Shown piece by piece: positions 10,022-19,050 of a DNA stretch of 64,000 nt. Position numbers and translations under genes: made by a program. Positions within the stretch are counted from its first letter, which is position 1; the number at the start of each line of letters is the position of its first letter. This stretch comes from a virus. The notes beneath the pieces are model-generated. The model saw nothing but the letters and a program-made list of their open reading frames with translations, made no database searches and was not told the origin of the DNA. The stretch is taken from IMG/VR virus record IMGVR_UViG_3300020473_000015; one strand, 5' to 3'.

Positions 10022-10025
10022 TTAG
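10017..10025 (+). promoter_or_regulatory. putative late promoter motif ACTAATTAG
   Basis: variant of the recurrent WCTAHTTA motif, about 20 nt before ATG 10047. Confidence 0.4.
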
Positions 10026-10046
10026 AGTTAAAAGGAGCAGTGAAAT

Positions 10047-10457
10047 ATGTCACATGAAATAGCAAATCCCGGACGTTCACCAGGGTTGAGAAATGTTGGT
10101 TCTTATCAGGCTTCGGGCCACCCGTTTGTTTATGGGGCGACTGTGGCAGACGGTGCAGAAACAAAAGTATCATTTCCCTTTGTTACAAAGTCGATAACGG
10201 TGATTGCATCAGGTACGACTAATGACCCTCTTATTGGAATTACATTTAATTCAACAAGTAGTGCTGGAAATGTAATATCAGGAAAACACTATATTACAAT
10301 GGACAGTAGCGGAGATAGTATGACCTTTGACGTTAAATGTAAAGAAATTTATATTCACGCCAAAAACGCCACTAGCGGTTTCGAAATGTATGCCTCCTTA
10401 ACTAATATTCCCACACATAGCATGTATGACCTCACAGGTTCAGGACTCACTGACTAG
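10047..10457 (+). CDS. hypothetical virion (decoration-like) protein
   Basis: 136 aa beta-rich ORF; SD AAGGAG. Confidence 0.6.
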   Translation: MSHEIANPGRSPGLRNVGSYQASGHPFVYGATVADGAETKVSFPFVTKSITVIASGTTNDPLIGITFNSTSSAGNVISGKHYITMDSSGDSMTFDVKCKEIYIHAKNATSGFEMYASLTNIPTHSMYDLTGSGLTD

Positions 10458-11296
10458 TGGGTTTTCATAAGGCCATCGCTGGTAAAATAAGAGCGGGTGG
10501 CAAAACCGGCAGATCTGGATTTGGCAGTAGCACTGGAGGCAGATCACGCCGTTGGGCCGGAACAATCCCAACCGCTTACTGGAGAGTCCAAGGAATTGCT
10601 GCAGACGCAACCACTCTCCCAGATGTATCAAAAGCAGGTAATGATTTAGATGGCACTTTAGCTGGAACTGTTGATGAAACGGGCGCTGATGCCACGTGGA
10701 ATACAACTACAACTGCTAATGGCAGCAACCAAAGCCTTCGTTTTAACGGCACTGACAATAAGGTGACAATAGCTTATAACGCAAAGCTTAAGCCCGACAA
10801 TTCGATTAAAAAGCTGTCTGTTTCTATGTGGATCAAGACTGATCAAAATAGTGATTATCTGATGGTCACCGAAGAAGACGCTCATTCACCGACTGCCGGT
10901 TGGTTTTATGGCGCAATTGGCGTAGGTACAACTAATAAAGCAAACGTTTATTGGAATACTGCCGGTAGTCCTGGCTGGAAAGCTAGCACAACATCTGTAC
11001 AAGATGACAATTGGCATCACATTGTGCACGTATATAACGGAGATGCAACAAACGAAATAAGCATTTATATCGATGGCGTTTTAGAAACTGAATCTGGCGC
11101 TCAAAGTGGCAATTTTGTTCTTGGCAATGTACCAGTATTGTTAGGATATCGCCGCCATTCAGGCGCAAATTATTATAAATATTATATGGATGAAATAGCG
11201 TACTGGACAGATATAGCTCTCACTGCAGATCAAGTTACAGACCTATATAATAAGGGAAAAGTTCAAAATTGTTTTGCAGGAATTAGAAAGTCATAA
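10457..11296 (+). CDS. LamG/concanavalin-A-like domain virion protein
   Basis: SLRFNG, SVSMWIKT, WHHIVHVYNG, IYIDG, MDEIAYW; GTG start overlapping the previous stop. Confidence 0.75.
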   Translation: MGFHKAIAGKIRAGGKTGRSGFGSSTGGRSRRWAGTIPTAYWRVQGIAADATTLPDVSKAGNDLDGTLAGTVDETGADATWNTTTTANGSNQSLRFNGTDNKVTIAYNAKLKPDNSIKKLSVSMWIKTDQNSDYLMVTEEDAHSPTAGWFYGAIGVGTTNKANVYWNTAGSPGWKASTTSVQDDNWHHIVHVYNGDATNEISIYIDGVLETESGAQSGNFVLGNVPVLLGYRRHSGANYYKYYMDEIAYWTDIALTADQVTDLYNKGKVQNCFAGIRKS

Positions 11297-11359
11297 TATT
11301 AATGTATGACTGAGCCGTTCCCCTCTTTAAAATATAAAAGTCATTTACATGTTTGTCAA

Positions 11360-11368
11360 ACTATTTAT
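11360..11368 (+). promoter_or_regulatory. putative late promoter ACTATTTAT (scaffold-MCP operon)
   Basis: same 9-mer occurs before several virion genes. Confidence 0.6.
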
Positions 11369-11399
11369 TCTTGAAAAACTGTTTTAAAGGAGCAGAAGT

Positions 11400-12557
11400 A
11401 TGTCTAATATGTTGGAACAAGCTATTATCGATGCCGAGTCATTAAAAGAAGCCGCCCGTCAAAGCGCTGAAGAAAAAATTGTAGAGCACTTTTCGAAAGA
11501 TATTAAAGAAGCCGTCAATATGATCTTGGAACAAGAGGAAATGTTTGGACTAGGAGATTTCGGCACAATGGCCGATACGCAAGCCTATGATCCAATGGCA
11601 GCCGCAATGCCAGCAGCCATGACACCAGCCGCCCCTTCAGTTGTTGATGTCGAGGCAGAAGAAAATACGAAAGATAATGGTAAATTTGTTGTAGATCAGT
11701 TGCCATATGCGGCAACCACAGACAGTAAAACATTTGTAAGTATCGACTTGGACCGACTTGAAGAGTCAATAAGACAAGAACTTGACGAAAACTCGATGGG
11801 AGTTGAAAGCTTGGAAGAAGAGTACGATCTGGAAGAAGCGCTTCTTTTTGAAGAGCCCGTACCTGAAGACGAAGATGACGACGATTCCGACGTCGGAGAT
11901 GAAGATGATGATTCTGTTAACGAGAGCATTACACAAATGATTAAAGATGTTTTGGCAGAAGAAATGAGTGATCTTCTGGATGAGGATGAAGAGGAGCATA
12001 TGCCACTCTTAGAAGAAGAAACAGAGGAAGAAGAAACAGAGGAAGACACAGACGACAAAAAAGAACTCACTCCTGCACAAAAGAAACTTCCTCAAGCATT
12101 ACAGGATAAAATCCTTAGTGAATCTAAAACACTTAAAACAAACAACAAATCTCTCTTAAAAGAGCAAAAGACACTTAACAAAAAAGTCCATTTACTAGAA
12201 GAAAAACTAGAGAAATATGGCACAGTCATTAATAAGCTTCAAGAGAAGCTTAATGAAACTAATTTGGCAAACGCTAAATTATTATATCAAAACCGCGTTT
12301 TGGATAGCGACTCCTTGAATGAGCGACAAAAAGATAGAATTGTCGAAACTATCATGAATGCAAAAACAGTTGAAGAAGCAAAAATTATATATGAAACTCT
12401 TCAAAGTGCAGTGGGAGCTAACTCATCTAGACGTAAGCCAAAATCACTGAACGAAGTTGTGACTAAACGCTCTTCAGCCTTTATGCCTCGCAAAGAGGAA
12501 AAAAGGGTAGATCCCTTTACGGCAAGAATGAAAGCTCTTGCTGGAATTAAGGACTAG
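11400..12557 (+). CDS. prohead scaffold/core protein (T4 gp22-like)
   Basis: very acidic centre, coiled-coil C-half, LNETNLANAKLLYQN, ends RMKALAGI; immediately before the MCP. Confidence 0.8.
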   Translation: MSNMLEQAIIDAESLKEAARQSAEEKIVEHFSKDIKEAVNMILEQEEMFGLGDFGTMADTQAYDPMAAAMPAAMTPAAPSVVDVEAEENTKDNGKFVVDQLPYAATTDSKTFVSIDLDRLEESIRQELDENSMGVESLEEEYDLEEALLFEEPVPEDEDDDDSDVGDEDDDSVNESITQMIKDVLAEEMSDLLDEDEEEHMPLLEEETEEEETEEDTDDKKELTPAQKKLPQALQDKILSESKTLKTNNKSLLKEQKTLNKKVHLLEEKLEKYGTVINKLQEKLNETNLANAKLLYQNRVLDSDSLNERQKDRIVETIMNAKTVEEAKIIYETLQSAVGANSSRRKPKSLNEVVTKRSSAFMPRKEEKRVDPFTARMKALAGIKD

Positions 12558-12590
12558 ATTTTTTATTTTATAAAGGAGGAGAAAAAAACA

Positions 12591-14378
12591 ATGTCTATAC
12601 TTCAAAAATTAACAGAAGGTATCGTTAATCGCGATATGAAGAAGGAAGGCGCCGCTCTGCTTAACAAGTGGGGTAAAACCGGACTTCTAGAGGGTCTTGG
12701 AAGTGAGAGTGCTAAAAACAGTATGTCTCGTCTTCTTGAGAACCAAGCAAAAGAGCTTCTTAGAGAGGCTTCCACGATGGCAGGTGGTGATGTCGAGGGC
12801 TTCGCAGCAGTCGCATTCCCAATCGTTCGTCGTGTTTTCGGTGGCTTGATCGCCAATGATCTGGTCAGTGTCCAGCCCATGAGTCTACCTTCGGGTCTGA
12901 TTTTCTTCATGGATTTCACTGCTGGAGGTGACCGCCTGTCAATGAAGGGCCCTGAGGGTGCCGATTCACTATATGGCGGTGGCAAAGTCGGTCAGGAAAT
13001 CACCGAGGGTGTAACTCTTACGGGCCGAAATGCTGAAGGCAGCTTTTATGAGCTTAATAATGGCTATTCTTCGCCAACCGGTTCGACAACGCTTGTTCAC
13101 ACAATTGTTGCCTCTGGTACATTTGGTGCAGATCCAGACACTGGTTCGGATTTATCGAGGGCTCAAGTTGAAGAGATTCTTCAATGGGATCCTGCTGTTG
13201 TTTCTGGTACAACCTCATACGCAATTGCTGCTGTCGAGCTTACTGGTACTAGTAATGATGTAGATCAGTTCAATTATAAAAACTTGATTGCACTTGTAGC
13301 CAGAGATGGCTCCAATGATCCTGGTACGTATGACGCCAACACCCCTCAAGCTCGTCGTTTGACTTGCTTTGCTGCTGGTACCGGCTCAGAGGGTAAATCT
13401 GCCACTCAAACTCAAAGACTTCTTGTCGTTGGTTTGCGCGACAATTCCACTGGTGCTGCCGTTGAGGCATCAATGAACACAACTGAAACTTATGAGTTCC
13501 CGTTGACTGACAACTTTGGTGGTACAGCCGCCGCAGGCGCCGGTCAAGCGATTGGTGCGGTTGTTGGCGACGATACGTGGGGTCTTGAGAATAACGAAGC
13601 CATTCCTGAGATTGATCTTAAGGTAGATTCCGTGTCCGTCACGGCAATCACCAAAAAGCTCAAAGCAAAGTGGACTCCTGAACTCGGTCAGGATCTTAAT
13701 GCTTATCACAACCTTGATGCAGAGGTTGAGCTTACTTCAATCCTTTCTGAGCAGATTGCTCTTGAGATTGACAGAGAGATTCTTGAGGATCTGATTAAAG
13801 GTGCAACTGCCGGTACTTATTACTGGTCGCGTTCACCTGGGCTGTTCGTAAATCGTACAACCGGTTCTGAGATTGGTGCATCTTCGGCTGCTCCTGACTT
13901 CACCGGTACTGTTTCTGAGTGGTATGAGACACTTCTGGAAACGGTTAACGATGTTTCAGCACAAATTCACCGCAAGACGCTTCGTGGTGGCGCAAACTTT
14001 ATTGTTTGTAGTCCAGAGGTTGCTTCGATTCTTGAGTTTACTGCTGGTTTCCGTGCATCGGTTGCTGTCGATGAGAACAAGGGCACTGCAGGCGCTCAAA
14101 AGGTTGGTTCGGTTAGTAAGAAATGGGACGTTTACGTCGATCCTTACTTCCCCCGTAACGTGCTTCTTGTAGGACGTAAGGGCAATAGCTTCCTTGAGAG
14201 TGGCTATGTATACGCACCTTATGTACCGTTGCAAGTTACTCCCACTATCTTTGGTACGGAAGACTTCGTACCACGTAAGGGTGTCATGACTCGTTACGCC
14301 AAGAAGATGGTTCGACCTGATATGTATGGTCTGGTTGTTGTTCGAGGTCTCTTAGGTGAGGCTGGAGCTACTGCCTAA
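12591..14378 (+). CDS. major capsid protein (T4 gp23-like) with large insertion
   Basis: VSVQPMSLPSGLIFFMDF, KKLKAKWTPELGQDLNAYH, EIDREIL, GYVYAPYVPL, KGVMTRYA. Confidence 0.96.
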   Translation: MSILQKLTEGIVNRDMKKEGAALLNKWGKTGLLEGLGSESAKNSMSRLLENQAKELLREASTMAGGDVEGFAAVAFPIVRRVFGGLIANDLVSVQPMSLPSGLIFFMDFTAGGDRLSMKGPEGADSLYGGGKVGQEITEGVTLTGRNAEGSFYELNNGYSSPTGSTTLVHTIVASGTFGADPDTGSDLSRAQVEEILQWDPAVVSGTTSYAIAAVELTGTSNDVDQFNYKNLIALVARDGSNDPGTYDANTPQARRLTCFAAGTGSEGKSATQTQRLLVVGLRDNSTGAAVEASMNTTETYEFPLTDNFGGTAAAGAGQAIGAVVGDDTWGLENNEAIPEIDLKVDSVSVTAITKKLKAKWTPELGQDLNAYHNLDAEVELTSILSEQIALEIDREILEDLIKGATAGTYYWSRSPGLFVNRTTGSEIGASSAAPDFTGTVSEWYETLLETVNDVSAQIHRKTLRGGANFIVCSPEVASILEFTAGFRASVAVDENKGTAGAQKVGSVSKKWDVYVDPYFPRNVLLVGRKGNSFLESGYVYAPYVPLQVTPTIFGTEDFVPRKGVMTRYAKKMVRPDMYGLVVVRGLLGEAGATA

Positions 14379-14406
14379 AAACTAATTTAGTTTAGTTTTA
14401 AACTTG

Positions 14407-14437
14407 ACCCCGGTTTCTTCGGAGACCGGGGTTTTTT
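14407..14437 (+). terminator. intrinsic terminator after the MCP gene
   Basis: CCCCGGTTTC-TTCG-GAGACCGGGG stem with cUUCGg loop followed by T6. Confidence 0.9.
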
Positions 14438-14522
14438 ATTTCCCACAAAGTAAAATACTTTCAAAAACAGCGTTGCTCAAATTTTGACGGCCCCAATTTT
14501 TTGAGATTTTACTTTTTAAGGA

Positions 14523-14531
14523 ACTATTTAT
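14523..14531 (+). promoter_or_regulatory. putative late promoter ACTATTTAT
   Basis: recurrent motif, 20 nt before ATG 14552. Confidence 0.55.
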
Positions 14532-14551
14532 TATAATCAAGGAGATTCCCC

Positions 14552-14833
14552 ATGGGCAAGAAAAGAAAAATGATAGCAAAAACTCAGAAATATGGTAAAA
14601 AGTATGCTCAACATCCAGCTTTGAGCACTCAGGAAGTTGAGGTCGAGGAAGTTAAATTTGAGCCGATTGTCAATCCGACTATAGAGGCGCCTAAAGAGAA
14701 AACTGTCAAGGTAGAACCAAAAGAGGCTCCAAAACCAAAAGAGGCTCCAAAAAAGACAACCAAGACGACCACAAAAAAGAAATCAATGTGGCCCAGCGCT
14801 AAAAAAAGCACAAAGACCACTTCTAAGAAATAA
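14552..14833 (+). CDS. small Lys/Thr/Pro-rich basic protein (possible DNA-condensing protein)
   Basis: 93 aa, PKEAPKPKEAPKKTTKTTTKKK; SD AAGGAG. Confidence 0.6.
   Translation: MGKKRKMIAKTQKYGKKYAQHPALSTQEVEVEEVKFEPIVNPTIEAPKEKTVKVEPKEAPKPKEAPKKTTKTTTKKKSMWPSAKKSTKTTSKK
14717..14752 (+). repeat. exact 2 x 18-bp tandem repeat CCAAAAGAGGCTCCAAAA (codes PKEAPK twice)
   Basis: read directly from the sequence. Confidence 0.9.
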
Positions 14834-14858
14834 CATTTAGTTTTTTGTCTCTCTCTCA

Positions 14859-14867
14859 ACTATTTAC
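14859..14867 (+). promoter_or_regulatory. putative late promoter ACTATTTAC
   Basis: recurrent motif before the neck gene, followed by SD GAGGAG. Confidence 0.5.
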
Positions 14868-14885
14868 TGAGAGGAGATCAAATGA

Positions 14886-16184
14886 ATGGCCACACCCACT
14901 TTAAGTCCAGTTTCACAAACCAGCGCAGTTGTGCTAACTACAGGCAGCGCTCCGTCTGACGTTGAAGATAATACTAGTTTACCTTTTGGGCTGTATTCAA
15001 ATACAGCATCCGGTCTTTTTTCTCAATATTTTTGCTCTGGAGCCGCAGAACAAGTATCCTATACATATAAAAAATTAGGTGGCGATGTTTTAGACATTGA
15101 GTTGACTGATAACAATATTTATGCAGCTTACGAAGAAGCAGTTTTAGAATATTCTTACATTGTTAATATACATCAGGCTAAAAATGCACTTTCTGATCTT
15201 CTTGGGGCTACAACTGGAACATTTGATCATGAGGGTCAACTACAATCTGGAGATTCCCTAGAGGGTACAAATGTTAATTTAAAATTCCCTCGATTCGAGT
15301 TTGCCTATTCTCGTCGAGTTGGATATGGAGTTGCAACTGAGATTGGTTTTGGTGGAGAGGTTCCAATTTATTCTGCTTCTTTTGATACAGTCACTAACCA
15401 GCAAGACTACGATTTGCAACAAATAGTTTCTTCATCTGCAGCAAATAGTTTATCTTTGCCATATTATGGTGAAGTGGGCGATAAAAAAATTAATATAACG
15501 AAAGTTTATTATAAAACCCCGCATGCAATGTGGAGGTTTTATGGGTATTATGGTGGTATAAACACAGTTGGCAACTTGGCTAGTTATGGTCAGTGGGCAG
15601 ATGACTCAACTTTTGAAATCATACCAACGTGGCAAAATAAGTCACAAGCTATGGCTTTTGAAGATGCCATTTACACCAGAAACAGTCACTATTCTTACGA
15701 GATTAAAAATGGAAGACTTCGCCTTTTCCCATCTGCTGTCGAATCGAGCCCAAGCAAAATTTGGATAGAGTTCTTTGTGGATTCAGATCCATGGTCAGAG
15801 CCAGACACAGAAGGGAGAGGTGGTAAATCTGGAATCGATGGTATTAATAATTTAAATACACTGCCTTACGAGAATTTACCTTATGAGAATATCAACTCTA
15901 TAGGAAAGCAGTGGATTAGAAGATTTGCCCTATCTCTCTCTAAAGAAACATTAGGAAATATAAGAAGTAAATTTGCGACTATACCAATTCCTGGTGATAG
16001 CGTTACTTTAGACGGCCCAGCGCTCTTATCACAGGCACAAGCAGAGCAAGAAAAGCTTAGAGAGGAATTAAAAACAACTCTAGATGAACTAACATATCAC
16101 AAGCTGATGGCTGAAGACGCAGCACTTATGGAGTCAGTTAATACAATTAATAAATTAATTCCTTTAAAGGTATTTGTGGGGTAA
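14886..16184 (+). CDS. neck/head-tail connector protein (gp13-like)
   Basis: LGGDVLDIEL...AYEEAVLEY N-terminus; WIRRFALSLSKETLGNIRSKF...IPGDSVTLDG C-terminus; position after the MCP. Confidence 0.7.
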   Translation: MATPTLSPVSQTSAVVLTTGSAPSDVEDNTSLPFGLYSNTASGLFSQYFCSGAAEQVSYTYKKLGGDVLDIELTDNNIYAAYEEAVLEYSYIVNIHQAKNALSDLLGATTGTFDHEGQLQSGDSLEGTNVNLKFPRFEFAYSRRVGYGVATEIGFGGEVPIYSASFDTVTNQQDYDLQQIVSSSAANSLSLPYYGEVGDKKINITKVYYKTPHAMWRFYGYYGGINTVGNLASYGQWADDSTFEIIPTWQNKSQAMAFEDAIYTRNSHYSYEIKNGRLRLFPSAVESSPSKIWIEFFVDSDPWSEPDTEGRGGKSGIDGINNLNTLPYENLPYENINSIGKQWIRRFALSLSKETLGNIRSKFATIPIPGDSVTLDGPALLSQAQAEQEKLREELKTTLDELTYHKLMAEDAALMESVNTINKLIPLKVFVG

Positions 16185-16189
16185 TTTAA

Positions 16190-16702
16190 ATGGCAGACGC
16201 AACAGACAAAAATAAGTGGTCACAACCTGCTTCACCTCCACCTCCATTATTTTTAGGAGAGAAAGAAAGAGATTTAGTAAAGCAGGTTAATGATGAACTA
16301 ATTGAAAGAGTTGTTGGCCAAGAGATAATTTATTATCCCATAAGCCTGGAACATACCAATTTTCACCCGCTATATGGAGAGGCTGTAGAAAAAAGCTTCC
16401 TATCTCCAATAAGAGTCCATGTTTTGGTTGTGTGGGAAGGCTATGCCACCACAGTCAGCAATTTGGGTATTGATAAGAGATTATCTTTGACAGTTAATTT
16501 TCACAGAAGAAGGCTTACAGAAGACCAAGACTTATATATTCGAGAGGGTGACTTTATATTGTATGGTGATGACTTTTTTGAAATTGCAACAATTGACTAC
16601 CCAAAGCAGATATTTGGCCAAGGCCATGATGGTTGGGAACGAATATTCGAAGCTCAGGCCAAGTGTATAAAAGCAAGAGAAGGCACGTTTGATGCTAGTT
16701 AA
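16190..16702 (+). CDS. neck/head-closure protein (gp14-like)
   Basis: YYPISLEHTNFHPLYGEA, IREGDFILYGDDFFEI; follows gp13-like gene. Confidence 0.6.
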   Translation: MADATDKNKWSQPASPPPPLFLGEKERDLVKQVNDELIERVVGQEIIYYPISLEHTNFHPLYGEAVEKSFLSPIRVHVLVVWEGYATTVSNLGIDKRLSLTVNFHRRRLTEDQDLYIREGDFILYGDDFFEIATIDYPKQIFGQGHDGWERIFEAQAKCIKAREGTFDAS

Positions 16703-16719
16703 TTATAAAAGGGATTAAT

Positions 16720-16983
16720 ATGGAAGAGTACACAATATCAAGAAGTGACGGATGCACCGCAACTGGAACAAAAGTTGATGGTAAGGTAAACGGCACCGTG
16801 ACAGTAACTTTCCCTAATGGCGTAATTAAATTATTGGGTGATTATGTGTATAACGTACCCGTTGGTTTGCACCAAGAATGGGATGAAGATGGTGATTTAG
16901 TTACCACATCTTTGTACAGTAATGACGGCAGACTGCTTGAAGTGGATGGCAAACCCATTCCAAATGACGAGGAGCAACCCTAA
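16720..16983 (+). CDS. small MORN/YwqK-like repeat protein
   Basis: GKVNGTVTVTFPNG and GLHQEWDEDGDL repeats. Confidence 0.5.
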   Translation: MEEYTISRSDGCTATGTKVDGKVNGTVTVTFPNGVIKLLGDYVYNVPVGLHQEWDEDGDLVTTSLYSNDGRLLEVDGKPIPNDEEQP

Positions 16984-18971
16984 TGGCAACTATTACTGTT
17001 GGTAGCGGAGGAGACCACGCATCTATACAAGCTGCTCTCTCAGCAGGAGCAGTCAGTAATGGCGATACAATACAACTTGTCTCTGGGTATAGTGTGGATG
17101 AGAGGATACAACCCAGCGGACTTGATAGCATTACTGTAATAGGAGACGTTGAAAATCCTGGCAACTATGATGTCTATTACAGTAATCCCGGCACTTCTTA
17201 CGGTTATAAAACCATAGATATGAACAACTGTACTAACTGGACTTTTAAAGGATTTAAAGGGCGATATACGGGAGATTTCTCCACCTCTAGTGGTTTTTTA
17301 CACGGTGGATATGGTGACAACGGTGGACATCTTCTCGAAGATATGATAATTGAGACATCGGGATATTATGGGGTGTCGGGCATGGGCGACAACACAACTT
17401 ATCGCCGCTGCAAGTTTGACGGATCATTTCACACTGCCGCCGACAACGCATACTTATTAGGTCCAGATTCTACTAACGCTTCAGGGTCTCTTGTTGAATC
17501 GTGCTTTGTTTTAAACGCATCTTACATATGTATCTACTTAGGCACTAATGGCAACCCTGGCCCTACGATAAAAAACACTACCGTATACAATAACCGCACA
17601 GCGGGTAATGCTTCGTCTATAGGTATATATGTATTAGGCGATAATGCTAAAGTCTATAATACAACGGTGGGTATGGATTGTCTAACTTCCGATGGATTTA
17701 CAGGTGACAAAGCGCTGCTCTATGGCAGTCCGACAACATCAACAGCTTCCCATTGTGTCCTTTGGGGGGCGCGTTGGTCTTCTGATAACATTAACACTAA
17801 CGTTGGATCGACATCCAATATAACAAAAGGTTCTGGCGTTTCTTCAAATGCTGTAGTATTCAACAGTGTTGCTAGCGCTGACTACACTCCGTTCAGCGGT
17901 TCGGGCGCTTTGTTGTTTGAAAAGGGAAGTTCAACATTCGCGCCAACATTAGGTCTTGCTCGTAATTCTTTTAGAACACCACCCTCAATCGGTGCATATG
18001 CGTACTATGTGGCACCTGCTAGCGACCCTAAGCGCAAAACCAATGGAAGTAAAATAAAGAGAACCACTGGTGTTAAAGATGTCGCTAAGGAGCTAGAAAG
18101 TAGTAATAAATTTCTAGATGAGTTTTTTGTAAACCCCTCCAATTTCGAAACAATTGATTACGCATTTTATGATTTTATTAATGATAAGATGCAAATTAGA
18201 GCAAATACTAATAAGGGGTGGAAAAAAGTAACTTTAGTCTGGTCTTCCCCAGAGAGGGTTTATTTTTCTAAAAAAGATAAAGATATATATGATATTGATG
18301 GCACCCTTATTTACCCTATTATAAGTATTCAGAGGACTTCCATGACAAAAGATCTAGCCAAGAAGGGTAAATATTTTGGTGCACCAACCCAATTTACAGA
18401 TCCGATAAGAGGTGGTAGAATTGCTATTTCTCAAAAAATAGTTAGCGATAAGACAAATAATTTTGCCATAGCTCAAAATATAAGAAAGTTTAATAATGTA
18501 AATCGAACACCGGGAAGACAACCGTATTATCCTCTAGTTGAAAAGAAAAATAAGAAAGTTGTAATAGAAACCCTTTCAGTACCACAACCAGTGTATGTGA
18601 GTATGGGTTATCAAGTTACCCTACAATCAAACTATCAACAACATATGAATCAAATGTTACAGCCATTTGTGACGTTAGGCGGCCACATAAATTCCTTTTT
18701 GATAGAAAAAGATGGCCACAAATATGAAACGTTTTTACAGTCAGATTTGTCGCAAAACAATAATATTTCATCATTCGATCAGGAGGAGAGAGTTTTTCAA
18801 ACTACTGTTAATTTTGAAGTACTTGGTTATGTCATAGGCGAAGGAAAAAACCAGGAGAGACCAAAAGTTACTAGAAGAGAGAACGTAGTAGATGTAAAAT
18901 TGCCACGCGAGCGAGTTATTTTGAGCGATGAGCAAGATTTTGACCCAAAAAGTGGATTTTATAGAGATTAA
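16983..18971 (+). CDS. fusion of a right-handed beta-helix (pectin-lyase-like) domain and a tail terminator/sheath stabiliser (gp15-like) domain
   Basis: N-terminal SIQAALS..GDTIQLVSGY plus Asn/Gly/Thr-rich repeats; C-terminal FETIDYAF..WSSPER..LIYPIISIQRT..PVYVSMGYQVTL; directly before the sheath gene. Confidence 0.6.
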   Translation: MATITVGSGGDHASIQAALSAGAVSNGDTIQLVSGYSVDERIQPSGLDSITVIGDVENPGNYDVYYSNPGTSYGYKTIDMNNCTNWTFKGFKGRYTGDFSTSSGFLHGGYGDNGGHLLEDMIIETSGYYGVSGMGDNTTYRRCKFDGSFHTAADNAYLLGPDSTNASGSLVESCFVLNASYICIYLGTNGNPGPTIKNTTVYNNRTAGNASSIGIYVLGDNAKVYNTTVGMDCLTSDGFTGDKALLYGSPTTSTASHCVLWGARWSSDNINTNVGSTSNITKGSGVSSNAVVFNSVASADYTPFSGSGALLFEKGSSTFAPTLGLARNSFRTPPSIGAYAYYVAPASDPKRKTNGSKIKRTTGVKDVAKELESSNKFLDEFFVNPSNFETIDYAFYDFINDKMQIRANTNKGWKKVTLVWSSPERVYFSKKDKDIYDIDGTLIYPIISIQRTSMTKDLAKKGKYFGAPTQFTDPIRGGRIAISQKIVSDKTNNFAIAQNIRKFNNVNRTPGRQPYYPLVEKKNKKVVIETLSVPQPVYVSMGYQVTLQSNYQQHMNQMLQPFVTLGGHINSFLIEKDGHKYETFLQSDLSQNNNISSFDQEERVFQTTVNFEVLGYVIGEGKNQERPKVTRRENVVDVKLPRERVILSDEQDFDPKSGFYRD

Positions 18972-19002
18972 AATTATAAAAAGGTTTTTGCTTTATTGGA
19001 CT

Positions 19003-19011
19003 ACTATTTAT
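19003..19011 (+). promoter_or_regulatory. putative late promoter ACTATTTAT (sheath)
   Basis: recurrent motif. Confidence 0.6.
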
Positions 19012-19050
19012 TAAAGAAATAACGCCCTCTGTTTAAAGGAGAAACAGTAT

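Noticed and set aside
11302-11350. Inverted repeat ATGTATGACT/AGTCATTTACAT before the scaffold promoter
   Set aside because: 10 AT-rich pairs with a bulge and a 27-nt loop; plausible by chance and no U tract
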